A DNA stretch of 51,381 nucleotides from Candidatus Omnitrophota bacterium (lineage in GTDB: Bacteria > Omnitrophota > Gorgyraeia > JABMSB01), in contig JABMSB010000053.1 in NCBI GenBank assembly GCA_013202205.1, positions 67,290 through 118,670 of the forward strand. Reading direction: 5' to 3'. The first letter of the stretch is position 1, and each line of letters starts with the position of its first letter. The translations under genes and the position numbers were made by a program. The notes beneath the pieces were generated by a model that did not search any database, had not been told where the DNA came from, and was given only the letters and a program-made list of their open reading frames with translations. Shown piece by piece: positions 38,777-49,056 of the stretch.

Positions 38777-39879
38777 GGGTATTGCTGTTGACCACGCATA
38801 TGAATATAGGGGGCATCGGTATTTATCTTTCCAATTTGGCAAAGGGGCTTAAGAAAAAGAAAGTGGATGTCTTCGTCGCTTCTTCAGGTGGAGGCCTTGT
38901 CAAAGAAGTTGTACAGAATTCCATACCACACCTCTTCTTGAATATACGGACCAAGTCTGAATTGAGCCCAAAGGTCCCATTGGCTATCGGGCTACTGAAC
39001 CGTTTTATAAAAAGGGAAGGGATCGATATAATCCATGCCCAGACGAGAGTGACGCAGGTTGTCGGGTATTGGTCGGCAATCCTGAGAACCATTCCATATA
39101 TAAGCACATGCCACGGTTTTTTTAGGCCACACTTAACGAGAAGAAAATTTGGATGCTGGGGCAATAAGGTCATTGCAATAAGTGAGGCGGTCAAGGGACA
39201 CCTTATCGATGATATGGGTGTGGCGAATAATCGGATTGCACTTATACATAACGGGATAGAGGTAGAGAGGTTTGCCCGTCCCATTTCAGATGAAAATAAG
39301 AAGTACTTAAAAGAGAGATTTGGTCTTGGCAGGGGTCCGATAATTGGAAGTTTGGGACGCCTATCACCTGTCAAAGGATTCGACCTATTGGTCAAGGCCA
39401 TGAAGGATATCATAAAGGTGATGCCGGATGCACAGCTCTTATTGGTAGGTGACGGCCCGGAGGGTGAGAAGTTAAGATCTTTGTCCAAAGAATTAGGGGT
39501 CGAGGAGAGCATTGTTTTTGTGCCGTCAGTTGAAAATGGCGCTGAGCTCTTATCTATCATGGATGTAGCGGTATTTCCTTCTATTCAAGAGGGGTTGGGC
39601 CTTTCTCTTATAGAGGCTATGGCAGTGGGGAGGCCGGTCATTGCCTCAGATGTAGGCGGCATATCAACGCTGGTTAAGGATTCTGAGACGGGGTTACTCT
39701 TCCCCAAAGGGGATGTAGCGTCAATGGCAGGGAAGATCATCCGGCTTCTAACAGAGGATGGCTTAAGAGATAGGATAAGAAAGAACGGGCAGGAAAAGGT
39801 GAGGCGTGATTTTACGTCTGATCAGATGTGTGAGAAGGTTATAAATGTCTATAAAGAGAGCTTAGGGGGTTCGAGATGA
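38773..39879 (+). CDS. GT4 family glycosyltransferase
   Basis: GGIG, GRLSPVKG and EGLGLSLIEAMAVG motifs. Confidence 0.9.
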   Translation: MRVLLLTTHMNIGGIGIYLSNLAKGLKKKKVDVFVASSGGGLVKEVVQNSIPHLFLNIRTKSELSPKVPLAIGLLNRFIKREGIDIIHAQTRVTQVVGYWSAILRTIPYISTCHGFFRPHLTRRKFGCWGNKVIAISEAVKGHLIDDMGVANNRIALIHNGIEVERFARPISDENKKYLKERFGLGRGPIIGSLGRLSPVKGFDLLVKAMKDIIKVMPDAQLLLVGDGPEGEKLRSLSKELGVEESIVFVPSVENGAELLSIMDVAVFPSIQEGLGLSLIEAMAVGRPVIASDVGGISTLVKDSETGLLFPKGDVASMAGKIIRLLTEDGLRDRIRKNGQEKVRRDFTSDQMCEKVINVYKESLGGSR

Positions 39880-40667
39880 AGAGGGGTTTGGGCAAAAGAA
39901 TAGCAATCGGGATATTGTCAGTCTTGTGTATCGGTCTTTTAAGTTTTGGGTTATATCTCAGGACTCAGTATGTACCGCCCATATTGATGTACCATAACAT
40001 AGACGGGCGTAGCAGTGAGGTAAAGATGAGTGTATCTCCCGAAAGCTTTCAGCGCCAGATGAAATTTCTGCATGACCGCAATTATAATGTGGTAAGCTTC
40101 TCTGAAATGATAGATCTTGTTAAAGACGGGAGACGTATTCCACATAAGACAATAGCGATAACGTTCGATGATGGCTACGAAGATAACTACACAAATGCTT
40201 ACCCGGTCCTAAAGAAGTACGATTTGCCTGCGACGATATTTGTCATTACCCGGGATATAGGAAAAGATGGCTTTTTGACAAGAGACCAGATACAAGAGAT
40301 GGTGGAAGAGAGTAAGATCGAGATAGGCAGCCATACCCATACACACCCCTGGCTGCCGGGACAGGATGAGAGGGATATAGTAAAAGAGCTTTCGCGTTCA
40401 AGAGGGATAATAGAGGGTATAACCGGGCAGGAGGAGATGACCCTCTGTTACCCTACAGGGGCCTTCAATGAAAAGGTAAAAGAGGTTGTTAGAGATATCG
40501 GCTATAAAGGGGCTTGCACGACCAGCCCGGGGCGGAAATATCCGGACGACAACATATTCGGCCTTAAGAGAGTCAGGATAAGCCGTACCTCAGATAGCTT
40601 GCCGGTATTCTGGATAGAGTCATCGGGTTATTATACGTTTGTCAAGGAACATAGAGATGATGATTAA
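39876..40667 (+). CDS. Polysaccharide deacetylase (CE4/NodB) with N-terminal anchor
   Basis: PILMYH, TFDDGY, GSHTHTH and YPTG motifs. Confidence 0.9.
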   Translation: MKRGLGKRIAIGILSVLCIGLLSFGLYLRTQYVPPILMYHNIDGRSSEVKMSVSPESFQRQMKFLHDRNYNVVSFSEMIDLVKDGRRIPHKTIAITFDDGYEDNYTNAYPVLKKYDLPATIFVITRDIGKDGFLTRDQIQEMVEESKIEIGSHTHTHPWLPGQDERDIVKELSRSRGIIEGITGQEEMTLCYPTGAFNEKVKEVVRDIGYKGACTTSPGRKYPDDNIFGLKRVRISRTSDSLPVFWIESSGYYTFVKEHRDDD

Positions 40668-41715
40668 GAAGGGCAATCTGCCAAAAGATTCAAAAATGAG
40701 AAGGCGCATCCTTATAGTTAACGTCAATTGGGTAGGGGATGTCCTCTTTTCCACGCCTTTCATAAAGGCAATACGGCGCCGATTTCCGGACGCATATATT
40801 GCCTGTATGGTTGTGCCGCGCTGCGTGCCGATGGTAGAGGGGAGCCCTGATCTCGATGAAGTGGTTCTCTATGATGAGGATGGTATCCACGCAAGCCCAT
40901 CAGGCAAGATACGTTTTATACTATCTTTACGCAAGAAGCGGTTTGATACGGCATATCTTTTGCATAGGTCATTTACTCGAACACTCTTAAGTTTGCTGGC
41001 AGGAATTCACAAGCGCATAGGGTATTATACCAGAAAGCGTTTTTTGCTTTTAACGAAGACAGTTGAACCTCCAACCGAAGAGGTCCATAAAATAGACTAT
41101 TTTCTCAAGATTGCCCAGGCCGAGGGTATTAAGGCGGACGATAAGCACTATGAATTTTTTATATCAGAAGAAGACGGGCGATATGCTCAAGAACTCTTAT
41201 CAAATAAAGGGATTTTGCCTGACGAGAAGTTTGTGGTCCTTAACCCGGGTGGCAACTGGGACCTTAAGAGGTGGCCAAAGGAGAATTTCGCTTCAGTGGC
41301 AGATGGGCTAATAAAAAAGTTAGGATATAAAGTCATAATAACAGGCGCGGCAAAAGACCTCTCTTTAGCCAACTCCATTGTTAGTTTATGTGAGAATAAA
41401 CCGATCATCCTTTGCGGTGTGACGACCTTAAAACAGGTTGGCGCTGTTATGAAGAAGGCCTCTTTGGTGATATCGGGAGATTCGGGGCCCATGCATATAT
41501 CAGCGGCAATAGGCACACCTACCATAGCTATATTTGGCCCTACGTCACCTGATATTACAGGACCGCGGGGAAAGGGGCCGCTACGCCTGTTGCGCGGAAA
41601 AATAGAATGTGAAGTCCCGTGCTACAACCTCACCTGTACTGATAATAGATGCATGTCGGCAATAAAACCTGCCGATGTCCTGATAGCAGCAGAGGAATTA
41701 TTAAAAGACGCTTAA
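40657..41715 (+). CDS. waaF: GT9 LPS heptosyltransferase II-like protein
   Basis: NWVGDV, NPGG...KRWP and DSGPMH...AIFGPT motifs. Start is uncertain (40657, 40660 or 40696). Confidence 0.8.
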   Translation: MMIKKGNLPKDSKMRRRILIVNVNWVGDVLFSTPFIKAIRRRFPDAYIACMVVPRCVPMVEGSPDLDEVVLYDEDGIHASPSGKIRFILSLRKKRFDTAYLLHRSFTRTLLSLLAGIHKRIGYYTRKRFLLLTKTVEPPTEEVHKIDYFLKIAQAEGIKADDKHYEFFISEEDGRYAQELLSNKGILPDEKFVVLNPGGNWDLKRWPKENFASVADGLIKKLGYKVIITGAAKDLSLANSIVSLCENKPIILCGVTTLKQVGAVMKKASLVISGDSGPMHISAAIGTPTIAIFGPTSPDITGPRGKGPLRLLRGKIECEVPCYNLTCTDNRCMSAIKPADVLIAAEELLKDA

Positions 41716-41739
41716 AGAGAAGAAGGTAAGGCGCAAGCT

Positions 41740-43791
41740 ATGCTTAAAGATATAAAAAAGATACTACTCATATCGCTGAGCAATATAGGGGATATAGTCC
41801 TCACCACCCCGGTGATAGACGCGCTTAAGAAAAATTTTCCAGCCGCGCGAATCAGCCTCATCGCGGGCGCTGCTGCATGCGATCTCTTTAAGTGCGACCC
41901 GCGCATATCTTCGATAATAACCTATGACAGGTTTAAAAGTATAAGGTCCCGCATAGAATTGACCAAGAGATTGCGTGGTGAAAGATACGATCTCGTAGTC
42001 GACCTTAGGTCTACAGCGTTTCCCATACTCCTTGGTACAAGGTATAGGACCTCAATCTTTCATCTATCAGAGACAAAGGCAATGCATAAGAAGTACGTCC
42101 ATCTCGATAAGCTCGTCTCCTTAAACTTAAATATAGGAGGGGCTGAGATATCTCTATCTATAGCCAAAGAGGATAGAGATTATGTGGAAAAGGTATTGGG
42201 TAGCGTAAGGACCAGGCGTATAGTTGCTGTTTCTCCGGGGGCCAAAAGCCATTCCAAAAGGTGGACGGCCGGAAATTTTGCCAAAACAGCAGATCTTATT
42301 GCAGAAGAGTTCGATGCAACTATAGTCATAACAGGTGAGGAAGGGGAGAGGCAGATTACCGATGAGGTAATATCCGGGATGAAGGCCAAGCCCATAGACC
42401 TTACAGGCAAGACCAGCATCGGACAACTTATGGCCCTAATCGATAGGGCAGATATGGTAATCACCAATGATAATGCCGCGATGCATATAGGAGTTGCGGT
42501 TAAGACGCCGACCGTTGCCATATTCGGGCCTACAGATCCACGCAAATATGGCCCATTGGGCGAGATGCACCGTGTCATAAGAAGGCCGCTCGTCTGCTCA
42601 CCCTGTGAGAAAGCACTCTGTGATAAAAAGAGTTATGAATGCATAAGAGAGATAAAGACAGAAGAGGTCTTAAGGGCGGCCAGGGCACTGCTGAAAGAAG
42701 AGAAGGAGATTTACAGCTCCGGTCAGATTATATCAAAAGATGCCAAAAGGATATTGATAATACGTACAGATAGGATGGGAGACCTCCTTCTTTCCACACC
42801 TGCCATAAAGGTGATCCGCAACGGACACCCCAGGGCACATATAGCGATTATGGTGAGGCCTTATACTAAAGATATAGTCGAATTTAACCCTTATCTGGAT
42901 GAGATTATACTTTACGATAAATATGGCTCAAACAAAAATCCCCTCTCGGCATTTACATTCGCGAACAGATTGCGCCGCAAAAAATTCGATACGGCCGTCA
43001 TACTGCATCCTACAAACAGGGCGCACTGGATAACATTCTTAGCATGCATACCTGAGAGAATAGGGTATAACAAAAAGTGCGGTTTCTTACTCACAAAAAG
43101 GCTTGCCCACAAAAAGCAGGAAGGGCTTAACCACGAAATGGACTATGCCCTTGAGCTGGCAGGAGAGCTTGGGGTAAAGGATAAAGAGGCAGAGATGTTT
43201 ATGCCTATTACCGGGAGAGACGAAGCGCAAGCAGATAAGCTTTTGGCCAAAGACCGGATTGGCCCGGAAGATGATTTTTTTGTTGTACATCCCGGAGCCA
43301 GTTGCCGTTCTAAGCGCTGGATGAGCGGGCGTTTTATAGATGTGATCAAGGCACTCACAAAAAGGGATAATTTACGGGTAGTTATAATAGCCGGAGCAGG
43401 TGATAAGGATGTGGCTGAAAGAATAGCTTCCGCAGTAGGGCCAAAGGCCGCAGACCTCTCCGGAGCTACGCCGCTCAGAGTATTAGCCGCGGTCTTAAGG
43501 CGCTCAAAGGTGCTCATATCTAACGATTCCGGTCCTGTGCATATGGCAACGGCAGTTGGTACGCCTTCAGTGGTCATATTTGGCAGAAAGGACCCTGGTC
43601 TCTCACCTCGGCGCTGGGGCCCGCTGGGAAAAGGAGACATTGTCTTGCACAAAGACGTCGGTTGCGATATATGTTTGGCGCATAATTGCAGCCGGAATTT
43701 TGAATGCCTGCACGCCGTAACCGTAGATGAAGTGGTAAAGGCGGCAGAGGGCTTAATGTCAGAAGGGGGGCCGGCAGTTGTTAAGAGCTAA
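41740..43791 (+). CDS. Tandem double GT9 (heptosyltransferase-like) protein
   Basis: Two complete GT9 units: SNIGD...KRW...NDNAAMH and DRMGD...KRW...NDSGPVH, joined at about 42745. Confidence 0.85.
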   Translation: MLKDIKKILLISLSNIGDIVLTTPVIDALKKNFPAARISLIAGAAACDLFKCDPRISSIITYDRFKSIRSRIELTKRLRGERYDLVVDLRSTAFPILLGTRYRTSIFHLSETKAMHKKYVHLDKLVSLNLNIGGAEISLSIAKEDRDYVEKVLGSVRTRRIVAVSPGAKSHSKRWTAGNFAKTADLIAEEFDATIVITGEEGERQITDEVISGMKAKPIDLTGKTSIGQLMALIDRADMVITNDNAAMHIGVAVKTPTVAIFGPTDPRKYGPLGEMHRVIRRPLVCSPCEKALCDKKSYECIREIKTEEVLRAARALLKEEKEIYSSGQIISKDAKRILIIRTDRMGDLLLSTPAIKVIRNGHPRAHIAIMVRPYTKDIVEFNPYLDEIILYDKYGSNKNPLSAFTFANRLRRKKFDTAVILHPTNRAHWITFLACIPERIGYNKKCGFLLTKRLAHKKQEGLNHEMDYALELAGELGVKDKEAEMFMPITGRDEAQADKLLAKDRIGPEDDFFVVHPGASCRSKRWMSGRFIDVIKALTKRDNLRVVIIAGAGDKDVAERIASAVGPKAADLSGATPLRVLAAVLRRSKVLISNDSGPVHMATAVGTPSVVIFGRKDPGLSPRRWGPLGKGDIVLHKDVGCDICLAHNCSRNFECLHAVTVDEVVKAAEGLMSEGGPAVVKS

Positions 43792-44584
43792 AAGGCATAT
43801 AATCAAACTTATTCCCGCAATCATTATCATCTTTTCGATTTCAACACATGTCTTTGCAATAACCAATTTCGCAAAGCCCAAACAGCATATTGTCAAGATA
43901 GAACCGCCGAGAAAGGATTTTCGTGTCGGTGAGTTATTATCCTATAAGGTCCGGTGGATGGGAATACCGGTCGGTGAAGCGAGCCTGCACGTCAAGGAGA
44001 TAGTCACTATAAACGGCAGAGAGGCCTACCACGTCATCGCCAAGGCAGGGTCGAACGATTTTCTTGATGGCTTCTACAAGGTCGAAGATGAGATCCATTC
44101 ATACATAGATACAGAATTCTTCTATACACATCGCTTTGAAAAACACCAGCGGGAGGGGCGCTACAAGTCTGATGAAGTTATGGATTACGATCAGGTTAAC
44201 CATACTGCCAGATATGAGTCACTTCTAAACGGCACCGTTAAGACAATGGAGATACCTCCCCGCGTCCAGGATGTGGTGAGCTCTTTTTATTGTTTTCGTC
44301 TTGAGGATATGAAGCCGGGAGACGTTGTGATTATGGATGTCAATGCGGATGAGAAGAACTGGAAATTACCGATAGATGTTCTTGAGGCAGTACCGCTTGA
44401 ATTGCGCAATAGAGGTGTCATCGATGCTTTAAAGATAGAACCTAAGGCAAAGTTTAAAGGTCTCTTTGTCGATCGCGGCAGGTTGCTGATCTATCTATCT
44501 GCGGATAAGGAGAGGGTGCCGCTTTTAATAAAGATACACACACCCTGGGGGCTGGTAGGAGGCGAATTAATAGATAAGAAATAG
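43778..44584 (+). CDS. Exported DUF3108-like protein
   Basis: Signal peptide; GELLSYKVRW.GIPVGEA, QDVVSSFY and YLSADKERVPLLI motifs. Confidence 0.7.
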   Translation: MLRAKRHIIKLIPAIIIIFSISTHVFAITNFAKPKQHIVKIEPPRKDFRVGELLSYKVRWMGIPVGEASLHVKEIVTINGREAYHVIAKAGSNDFLDGFYKVEDEIHSYIDTEFFYTHRFEKHQREGRYKSDEVMDYDQVNHTARYESLLNGTVKTMEIPPRVQDVVSSFYCFRLEDMKPGDVVIMDVNADEKNWKLPIDVLEAVPLELRNRGVIDALKIEPKAKFKGLFVDRGRLLIYLSADKERVPLLIKIHTPWGLVGGELIDKK

Positions 44585-44603
44585 TAGGGTTTATAGATAA
44601 GGG

Positions 44604-45998
44604 TTAGCGAAATCTCTTTCTTGCATATTCAAGCCATCTTGTTTCAAATTCCTCCATCGTCATATAGAGTTCTTTTTTGAAGATCATCTCTATGGCCTCT
44701 TTCCGCTTCAGCCGTGTTAAGATACTGCGAATAGTGCTAAGGCGCCACCTGTCGATTATATAATCTACTATTAGATATGATTCCTGATAAAAGAGCGTTA
44801 CCCTATCCTTATCGGTCGTCTTCGATAGGTTTATCTGTAGGGCAGATATTGGAATATGGGTATTCGATTTCAGGGCGGCCTCCAATCGTTTTAAATCAGG
44901 TTCCTGATCCTTATATTCTTCATGTTGTGCCAGGCCTTCATTCAACCATACAGGACAGTTCCCTTCGGCCAAGCTGTGGACCAGGACATGGGTATATTCA
45001 TGTCTTATTATGCGCTCAAGCTCTTCTTTGTCAACAAGCCTTCGCATAAAAGGCAGCCGTATCTTTCCGTCGTAAAGCCCTGAGATCCATGGCGGGGTGT
45101 TAGTCAATTCCCTGAAGGTCTCCTCAGGATAGACGAGCACTATAGTCTTATATGACGGAAAGTAGTTAAAGTCCTGGCCTATCGTGCGCCTCACACTCCT
45201 TAAGATATCCCGCATCGCGTAAGCGCTATAGCCTTCTAACTCTTTTTCAAAGCGTATCTCGAAGAACTCAGCAGGGAGTTTCTCAAGGTTTACCTCGGCC
45301 TGGTATTCTCTCTTTACTTTAGCCAACCTTTGTTCGATGGCCGAAGAGGAGGAATCTATCTCCATGGCCTTCTCCCACCAGGAATGGGCCTCTTTTAAGC
45401 GCTGCAGGTCATAGTTGATATCTCCCATTAGCACCATGGCGTCAGAATTTAGCGGGTTATACCTTAAGGACTTTTCCGCGTCCCTTTTGGCTTTATGCAG
45501 GTCTTTCTTCTTATAGGTGGATGCGGCTTTCCCGAGCAGGATGCTCGAGAAGTTCTTCTTGTAATCTATCTCAGACGGAAAGAGGTTTAAGATCCTCTCA
45601 AATATATCTTCTGCTTTATCCCATTCTCCTTCTTTTGACAGCTTGATTGCCTTCGTATTATATAGATTTGCCAAATTTCTCTCGATATGCTCATCACCGG
45701 GTTTTATTCTTAAGGCATCTTTTAAGTAATTGATCCCTTTGTCGAGCTCACCCTTCTTCTCCATCTGGAGGCCGCAGTTATTATACGAGACGGCAAGATT
45801 TTCCCTGATCGTATGGTTAGATGGCGCAAGGTCCAGTGCCTTATTAAAATACCAGATAGCCCTGCCAAATTCATTATCCTTTAATGCATCAAGGCCCTCT
45901 TCATTATATTTATGGACAAGCGGGTCTTCCTGAGCCCATAATATAGGCGATATGGCTAAAATAGAACATACCACAACTATTGCAGTAAAGTTCTTCAT
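44604..45998 (-). CDS. Exported TPR-repeat protein with C-terminal zinc (gluzincin/peptidase MA-like) domain
   Basis: The reverse complement from 45998 reads ATG AAG AAC TTT (MKNF), so the gene is on the MINUS strand (the track says +). Signal peptide, TPR repeats, and HEYTH...WLNEGLA. Confidence 0.85.
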   Translation of the reverse strand: MKNFTAIVVVCSILAISPILWAQEDPLVHKYNEEGLDALKDNEFGRAIWYFNKALDLAPSNHTIRENLAVSYNNCGLQMEKKGELDKGINYLKDALRIKPGDEHIERNLANLYNTKAIKLSKEGEWDKAEDIFERILNLFPSEIDYKKNFSSILLGKAASTYKKKDLHKAKRDAEKSLRYNPLNSDAMVLMGDINYDLQRLKEAHSWWEKAMEIDSSSSAIEQRLAKVKREYQAEVNLEKLPAEFFEIRFEKELEGYSAYAMRDILRSVRRTIGQDFNYFPSYKTIVLVYPEETFRELTNTPPWISGLYDGKIRLPFMRRLVDKEELERIIRHEYTHVLVHSLAEGNCPVWLNEGLAQHEEYKDQEPDLKRLEAALKSNTHIPISALQINLSKTTDKDRVTLFYQESYLIVDYIIDRWRLSTIRSILTRLKRKEAIEMIFKKELYMTMEEFETRWLEYARKRFR

Positions 45999-46429
45999 GG
46001 GTTGATGGCTCCCGATCGTTTTTTGAACCTGGCGTGGACTACAGGATCTTTAAGCGCAACCACAATAAGCATATGGTAAATGAGAGAGATTGTATGACGG
46101 TTTGATGTAGATGAAAATATCTCTAATGTAGCGGGAAGCACAAGGGCTTTTAGTAAGATAGCCAGTTTACTTACAACTATTAAACACGAGAAGAATATAA
46201 GCAAGGTCCTTGCCCTGGGGCGTTCCCTCACGATTCCCAGCCCTAAGCAAAAGGATGTGATGGCTGCTATTGATGCAACGACGAAGCCTATCCTCTCGAC
46301 AGCGATAAGCGATGCGTAGTGAGAAAGGCCGGGAATCAGCATGAGCATCTCTATTTCACCGATTATAATCTCCACCGTCCCTATAGCTAAAATGATAAAA
46401 GCCGAAATCTGCATACGTTCTTTATTCAT
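45995..46429 (-). CDS. Small membrane protein (about 4 TM helices), hypothetical
   Basis: Hydrophobic segments; GGAG RBS before ATG at 46429; ATGA overlap with the TPR-peptidase gene. Confidence 0.65.
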   Translation of the reverse strand: MNKERMQISAFIILAIGTVEIIIGEIEMLMLIPGLSHYASLIAVERIGFVVASIAAITSFCLGLGIVRERPRARTLLIFFSCLIVVSKLAILLKALVLPATLEIFSSTSNRHTISLIYHMLIVVALKDPVVHARFKKRSGAINP

Positions 46430-46452
46430 TTTTAGGATCTCCAATAAAAACA

Positions 46453-46481
46453 ATTATAACATATCAAATGAATCACAACAA
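46453..46481 (-). promoter_or_regulatory. Promoter of the minus-strand operon
   Basis: Minus strand reads TTGTTG, 17-nt spacer, TATAAT with a TGn extension (-10 at 46458-46453). Confidence 0.55.
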
Positions 46482-46591
46482 CAATTTTAACTCTTATTGC
46501 ACCCGCTTTAATATTCCCTGTCCCTATTCCCGGGAATCTCTTTGTGAGAGCTTCATTTTTCTTGCATATTGCATATCTATATGTTAGATTA

Positions 46592-46600
46592 TGGTATAAT
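46592..46600 (+). promoter_or_regulatory. Extended -10 promoter of the GT-C genes
   Basis: TGGTATAAT; a TTGCATA direct repeat lies upstream (46562-46575). Confidence 0.5.
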
Positions 46601-46642
46601 AACTAGCTATACAATACTTGATAAAATATGAGGGAGGTTACG

Positions 46643-49024
46643 ATGAACCTAAGTGAAATCCGCAGCAAGGCATGCCATTATGCCCAGAAGGCAAAATCTA
46701 TCTACGCGAATAAGAAGAATATAGTTTTATCTTTGGCCTTGATAGTTGTGCTGGGATTTTTGGTCTATGGAAATTCGTTGCAGAATGGTTTCATCTGGGA
46801 TGACGAGAAGCATGTACGCAATAATGACTATATAAAGAACCTGAACAGCGTCCCTAAGATGTTTACGACAGACCTGCTCTCCGGGGCAGGCGAGGAGAGC
46901 AATTTTTACCGCCCCATCCAGGTGCTTACGTATCTTACGGATTATATGATATGGAAACTTAACCCGGCAGGATACCATCTGAGCAATATCGTATTCCATC
47001 TGGCCTCTGCGCTGCTCGTATTCTTTCTTATTTGGTTCCTGACCCATGATCATATAGCCTCTACATTATCAGGAATCCTTTTTGCCATACACCCAATAAA
47101 TACAGAAGCTGTCACTTATATATCAGGCAGGGCCGATTCATTGGCCGTCTTCTTTCTTCTTCTTTCACTTATCTTGTATATAAGGCACAACAGAAGAATT
47201 GAGCTGAAGAATAAGAGCCTATACTGGGGGTCTGTTGCCAGTTTTGCATTGGCCTTATTGTCTAAAGAGATATCATTGATCTTTATAGCGATATATATTC
47301 TTTACGATAAGATCTTCAAAGAGGCAAAGAGCGAACCAGGGGATCCTTTTAGCGGCCCTCTCAGGTATGGACCATTCATAGTGTTGGGTGGTTTCTTCTT
47401 GGCGATCAGACAGATCATTTTGCCATTCTCTATCTCTACAGGATACCAGGCCTCTTTTGCAACAAGGATGTTTACACAGCTTAAGGTCTTATTGGAATAC
47501 TTTAGGTTGCTTATACTGCCATTTGACCTTCATATGGAGCGCTCACTGCCGCTGTCTACGTCGGTCTTTGATTCGACGGTCTTAATATCGATAGCGGTTC
47601 TCTTGTGCCTATCGTTTATGATATATCGTTTTAGGCAGAATAAGATCGTCTTATTTGCTTCGGCCTGGTTCTTTATTAACCTGCTCCCCGTCTCAAATAT
47701 CATACCGGTTAACGCGATACTCGCAGAACACTGGCTCTATATGCCGGCGATCGGTTTTTATGTGGTCGCTTCAGTTTTGGTTTCACGCGCATCAAGAAAT
47801 ATAACTTCTATTTTTAGCGCGGAGGCGATAGATAAGCCGGTCGTCATTGGAGTGATACTCGCATTACTCTTCTATGGAGGAATTACTGTAAAACGAAACA
47901 GCGATTGGAGGGATCCTGCCACCTTTTATGAAAAGACCCTCAATTTTACCGATAGCTACAGGGTTCACAATAACCTGGGTGCTGTCTATTATCGTGTGGC
48001 TAAATATGACGATGCGGAAGAGCACCTGGAGGAAGCTATAAGACAGAGGCCGGATTTTGCCGAAGCCCATATGAATCTGGGGTTGGTCTATAAAGCAAAG
48101 GAAAGGCCAGATGAGGCTGAAGCACAATTTGCCGAGGCACTTCGATATGAGCCTGATGATGCTCGCGCCAAGAATGTGGTGGGTGTATTTTATCTGGACA
48201 GCAACCAGCAGGAGAGGGCCGTTGAGACCTTTAGGGAACTAATAGAAGAGCGGCCGGACTATTCGGAGGCACACAATAATCTTGGTGCAGCATACTACGA
48301 GATGGGAGAGCATAATAAGGCCATCGATGAATGGAAGGAGACACTCAAGATATACCCCGATTCCGCTGAAACACACTATAATCTAGGAAAACTCTTTGCA
48401 GAACAGGGACGGTTTATTGAGGCGATGGAAAGCTACAAAGCTGCTCTAAAGGTGAGGCCGCGGTATGGTGAGGTATATAATAATATAGGCGCTATATATT
48501 ACGGAAAAGACGACCTTGAGGAAGCGGAGAAGAATTTTGCTTTGGCAGCGGAGTATGCGCCTGATCTGGCAGACGGCCATTTCAATTTGGGTGTTATATA
48601 CGAGAGTAAGGGGATGGCGGAGGAGGCGAAGGCCGAATACGAAGCGGCATTAGATGCCAATTCAAATTTTGTGAATGCATATTTTAATATTGCCTCACTT
48701 CTTGATTCGCAGGGATCTTTTGAAGAGGCCGCGGCAAAATACGAAGAGTATGTAAAGCGCGATCCGGAGAACCCCTCCGTCCATATCAATCTCGCTATAG
48801 CTTATGCTGAATTGGGAAAATTCGAAGAAGCGATAGCAAATTTTGAGCGGGCCCTGGAGTTAAAACCTGACAACATAACCGCTTATTATAATCTGGGTAT
48901 GGCCTATGTCAATACGAAGAATTACAAAGAAGCCAAAAGGGTATGGAATAAGGCCCTTGAATTAGATCCGGAATCGGTAAAGATAAAGATGGGCCTTGAG
49001 AGGTTGGATAAAATAGCCCGTTGA
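46643..49024 (+). CDS. TMTC-like GT-C membrane glycosyltransferase with long C-terminal TPR array
   Basis: FIWDD, FYRP, HPINTEAVTYISGRAD, LSKE and AEHWLYMP motifs, followed by about 10 TPRs. AGGGAGGT RBS before ATG at 46643. Confidence 0.8.
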   Translation: MNLSEIRSKACHYAQKAKSIYANKKNIVLSLALIVVLGFLVYGNSLQNGFIWDDEKHVRNNDYIKNLNSVPKMFTTDLLSGAGEESNFYRPIQVLTYLTDYMIWKLNPAGYHLSNIVFHLASALLVFFLIWFLTHDHIASTLSGILFAIHPINTEAVTYISGRADSLAVFFLLLSLILYIRHNRRIELKNKSLYWGSVASFALALLSKEISLIFIAIYILYDKIFKEAKSEPGDPFSGPLRYGPFIVLGGFFLAIRQIILPFSISTGYQASFATRMFTQLKVLLEYFRLLILPFDLHMERSLPLSTSVFDSTVLISIAVLLCLSFMIYRFRQNKIVLFASAWFFINLLPVSNIIPVNAILAEHWLYMPAIGFYVVASVLVSRASRNITSIFSAEAIDKPVVIGVILALLFYGGITVKRNSDWRDPATFYEKTLNFTDSYRVHNNLGAVYYRVAKYDDAEEHLEEAIRQRPDFAEAHMNLGLVYKAKERPDEAEAQFAEALRYEPDDARAKNVVGVFYLDSNQQERAVETFRELIEERPDYSEAHNNLGAAYYEMGEHNKAIDEWKETLKIYPDSAETHYNLGKLFAEQGRFIEAMESYKAALKVRPRYGEVYNNIGAIYYGKDDLEEAEKNFALAAEYAPDLADGHFNLGVIYESKGMAEEAKAEYEAALDANSNFVNAYFNIASLLDSQGSFEEAAAKYEEYVKRDPENPSVHINLAIAYAELGKFEEAIANFERALELKPDNITAYYNLGMAYVNTKNYKEAKRVWNKALELDPESVKIKMGLERLDKIAR

Positions 49025-49056
49025 CGAATAATAGAGTATCTTAACAGAAGATTTGT

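Noticed and set aside
3312-39560. Long antisense ORFs (e.g. 3312-4130, 26582-27292, 28524-29282, 35813-36532, 38823-39560)
   Set aside because: They are shadows of well-conserved + strand genes and have no motifs of their own.
47950-49020. Repetitive DNA resembling an array
   Set aside because: Explained by TPR coding repeats. No CRISPR repeats or cas genes, and no tRNA or rRNA, were seen in the window.
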